DNA of 64,000 nucleotides from Phoronis australis (Eukaryota > Animalia > Phoronida): NCBI GenBank assembly GCA_002633005.1, contig NMRA01000255.1, positions 379,937-443,936 on the forward strand, written 5' to 3'. Each line of letters begins with the position of its first letter. The stretch's first letter is position 1. Of this stretch, positions 63,001-64,000 are shown one piece after another. Made by a program: the position numbers and the translations under genes. Under the pieces are notes generated by a model that saw only the letters and a list, made by a program, of their open reading frames with translations, was not told the DNA's origin and made no database searches.

Positions 63001-64000
63001 AGAACCACTTTCGAAAAAATGTTTTCCAATGTTTACTGTAACACACACTACATGTATCAGGATCACAGATTTTCATTCCCTGAAGGAATAAGATTGTGTC
63101 TAAACTTTTATGGAAACTCTAACTTTGCAACCATTGCACTGAGCTTTACACGGTACATTTCAAAGCTACAATTTATAGTGGAGATTTGCCCATTTTTCAT
63201 CAATCAGAAAACCAGTAGGCCTATATGCAAATTTCAGATTGGTAGTTGGTGTAATTAGTTTATCACTGCATCCTGATTTTTTACTGACAACTGTACCAAA
63301 CGGCACCAATGGTCCAATCAATTCATAAAGATGCATAATACTGAATGAATGCCTAACTAAATTTTTCACAGCAACTCTGAGAGAAACTTATTCCAAAATC
63401 TTTGTCTTTATAGTATAGGACTCTTACGCATAATTGCTTCCCTGCTGGCTTAACTGGTCATTTATATAACTGGTGTTCTAGTTCATTTCCGTTGTTATGG
63501 TACTATTACACGCTCTTATTTTTCGAATTTTGGTAAATTGTCGGTTTTTAGAATTTATTTTTGTTAAACCTTCCAGGTTTCGGAAATGAATATTATTGAC
63601 GAATTAAATGATTTATCTTTTGCGTCTTGTATTAAAACACCAGGAACCTATAAAACGTTTTCTAGTGATATTACTACCAGGAAGAGATATTCCAGCAATT
63701 AAACAGAACAGTTTAAAAACGGCGGAGTTGCGAAACGTTTTAGACGGTAAATTCCTTAACAACACCGGAACAAACGAATGCAAACAAATTCCACACATGT
63801 GCTGCGCAACATCAGAGGCGCAAGATAGGAGTGGCCAGGGATAGATTTCCATGTTTTGAACAGATAGTGATAAAAGGACTCGAAATTTTGCTAAGGGATT
63901 CTCCCTCCATTTGCGATGAATAACGCCAGGCTGATCAGTGCTATTCTCTAAGATTTCTATTCTCGTGTTCATTTACTTGGACTGTTCGGATCTAACTACG
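60091..64000 (+). repeat. Tandem ~2.37-kb intron + lectin-exon unit (60091-62459, then 62460 to window end), homologous to 41511-43304
   Basis: TAACTCCCTCTATGACTT at 60091 and 62460; paralogous ORF-track fragments at 61244/63608 and 60570/63019. Confidence 0.92.
61912..62199 (+). CDS. Gene C exon 3: SUEL/rhamnose-binding lectin domain; the gene continues past the window
   Basis: TTTTTGCAG| acceptor, 288 nt, phase 1/1, donor GTAAGT; AMYGR, FGDPCYGTYKYL, 8 Cys. Confidence 0.92.

Overview
AT-rich animal genomic DNA (spliceosomal introns, MITEs, two N-gaps), most consistent with an invertebrate. It holds an intronless, 5'-truncated HRI/EIF2AK1 kinase (1-1761), a single-exon secreted coiled-coil orphan (7268-8422), a small single-pass membrane protein (13626-13955, minus) and a frameshifted TMEM26 terminal exon (50619-51033, minus). 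The main discovery is a three-gene plus-strand family that the ORF track does not show as genes. Gene A (28795-29230, 2 exons, 87 aa) is signal peptide + acidic propeptide + KR|AWEQMEMDF peptide. Gene B (37727-44169, 5 exons, 281 aa) has homologous first and last exons (KR|AWEQQELDFWT), with a linker exon and two phase-1/1 SUEL rhamnose-binding lectin exons in between. Gene C (57555 to beyond the window end) is a recent duplicate of B with a ~2.37-kb tandem lectin-exon unit. The shared propeptide (V-S-[MV]-D-x-R-x-A-x-S-F-L...KR) resembles augurin/UCMA/Gla-type propeptides. The rest is MITE families, decayed transposase relics (Academ-like, THAP), a tRNA-like head and two Penelope-type minimal hammerhead motifs. 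All calls are by-eye; no database searches were run.
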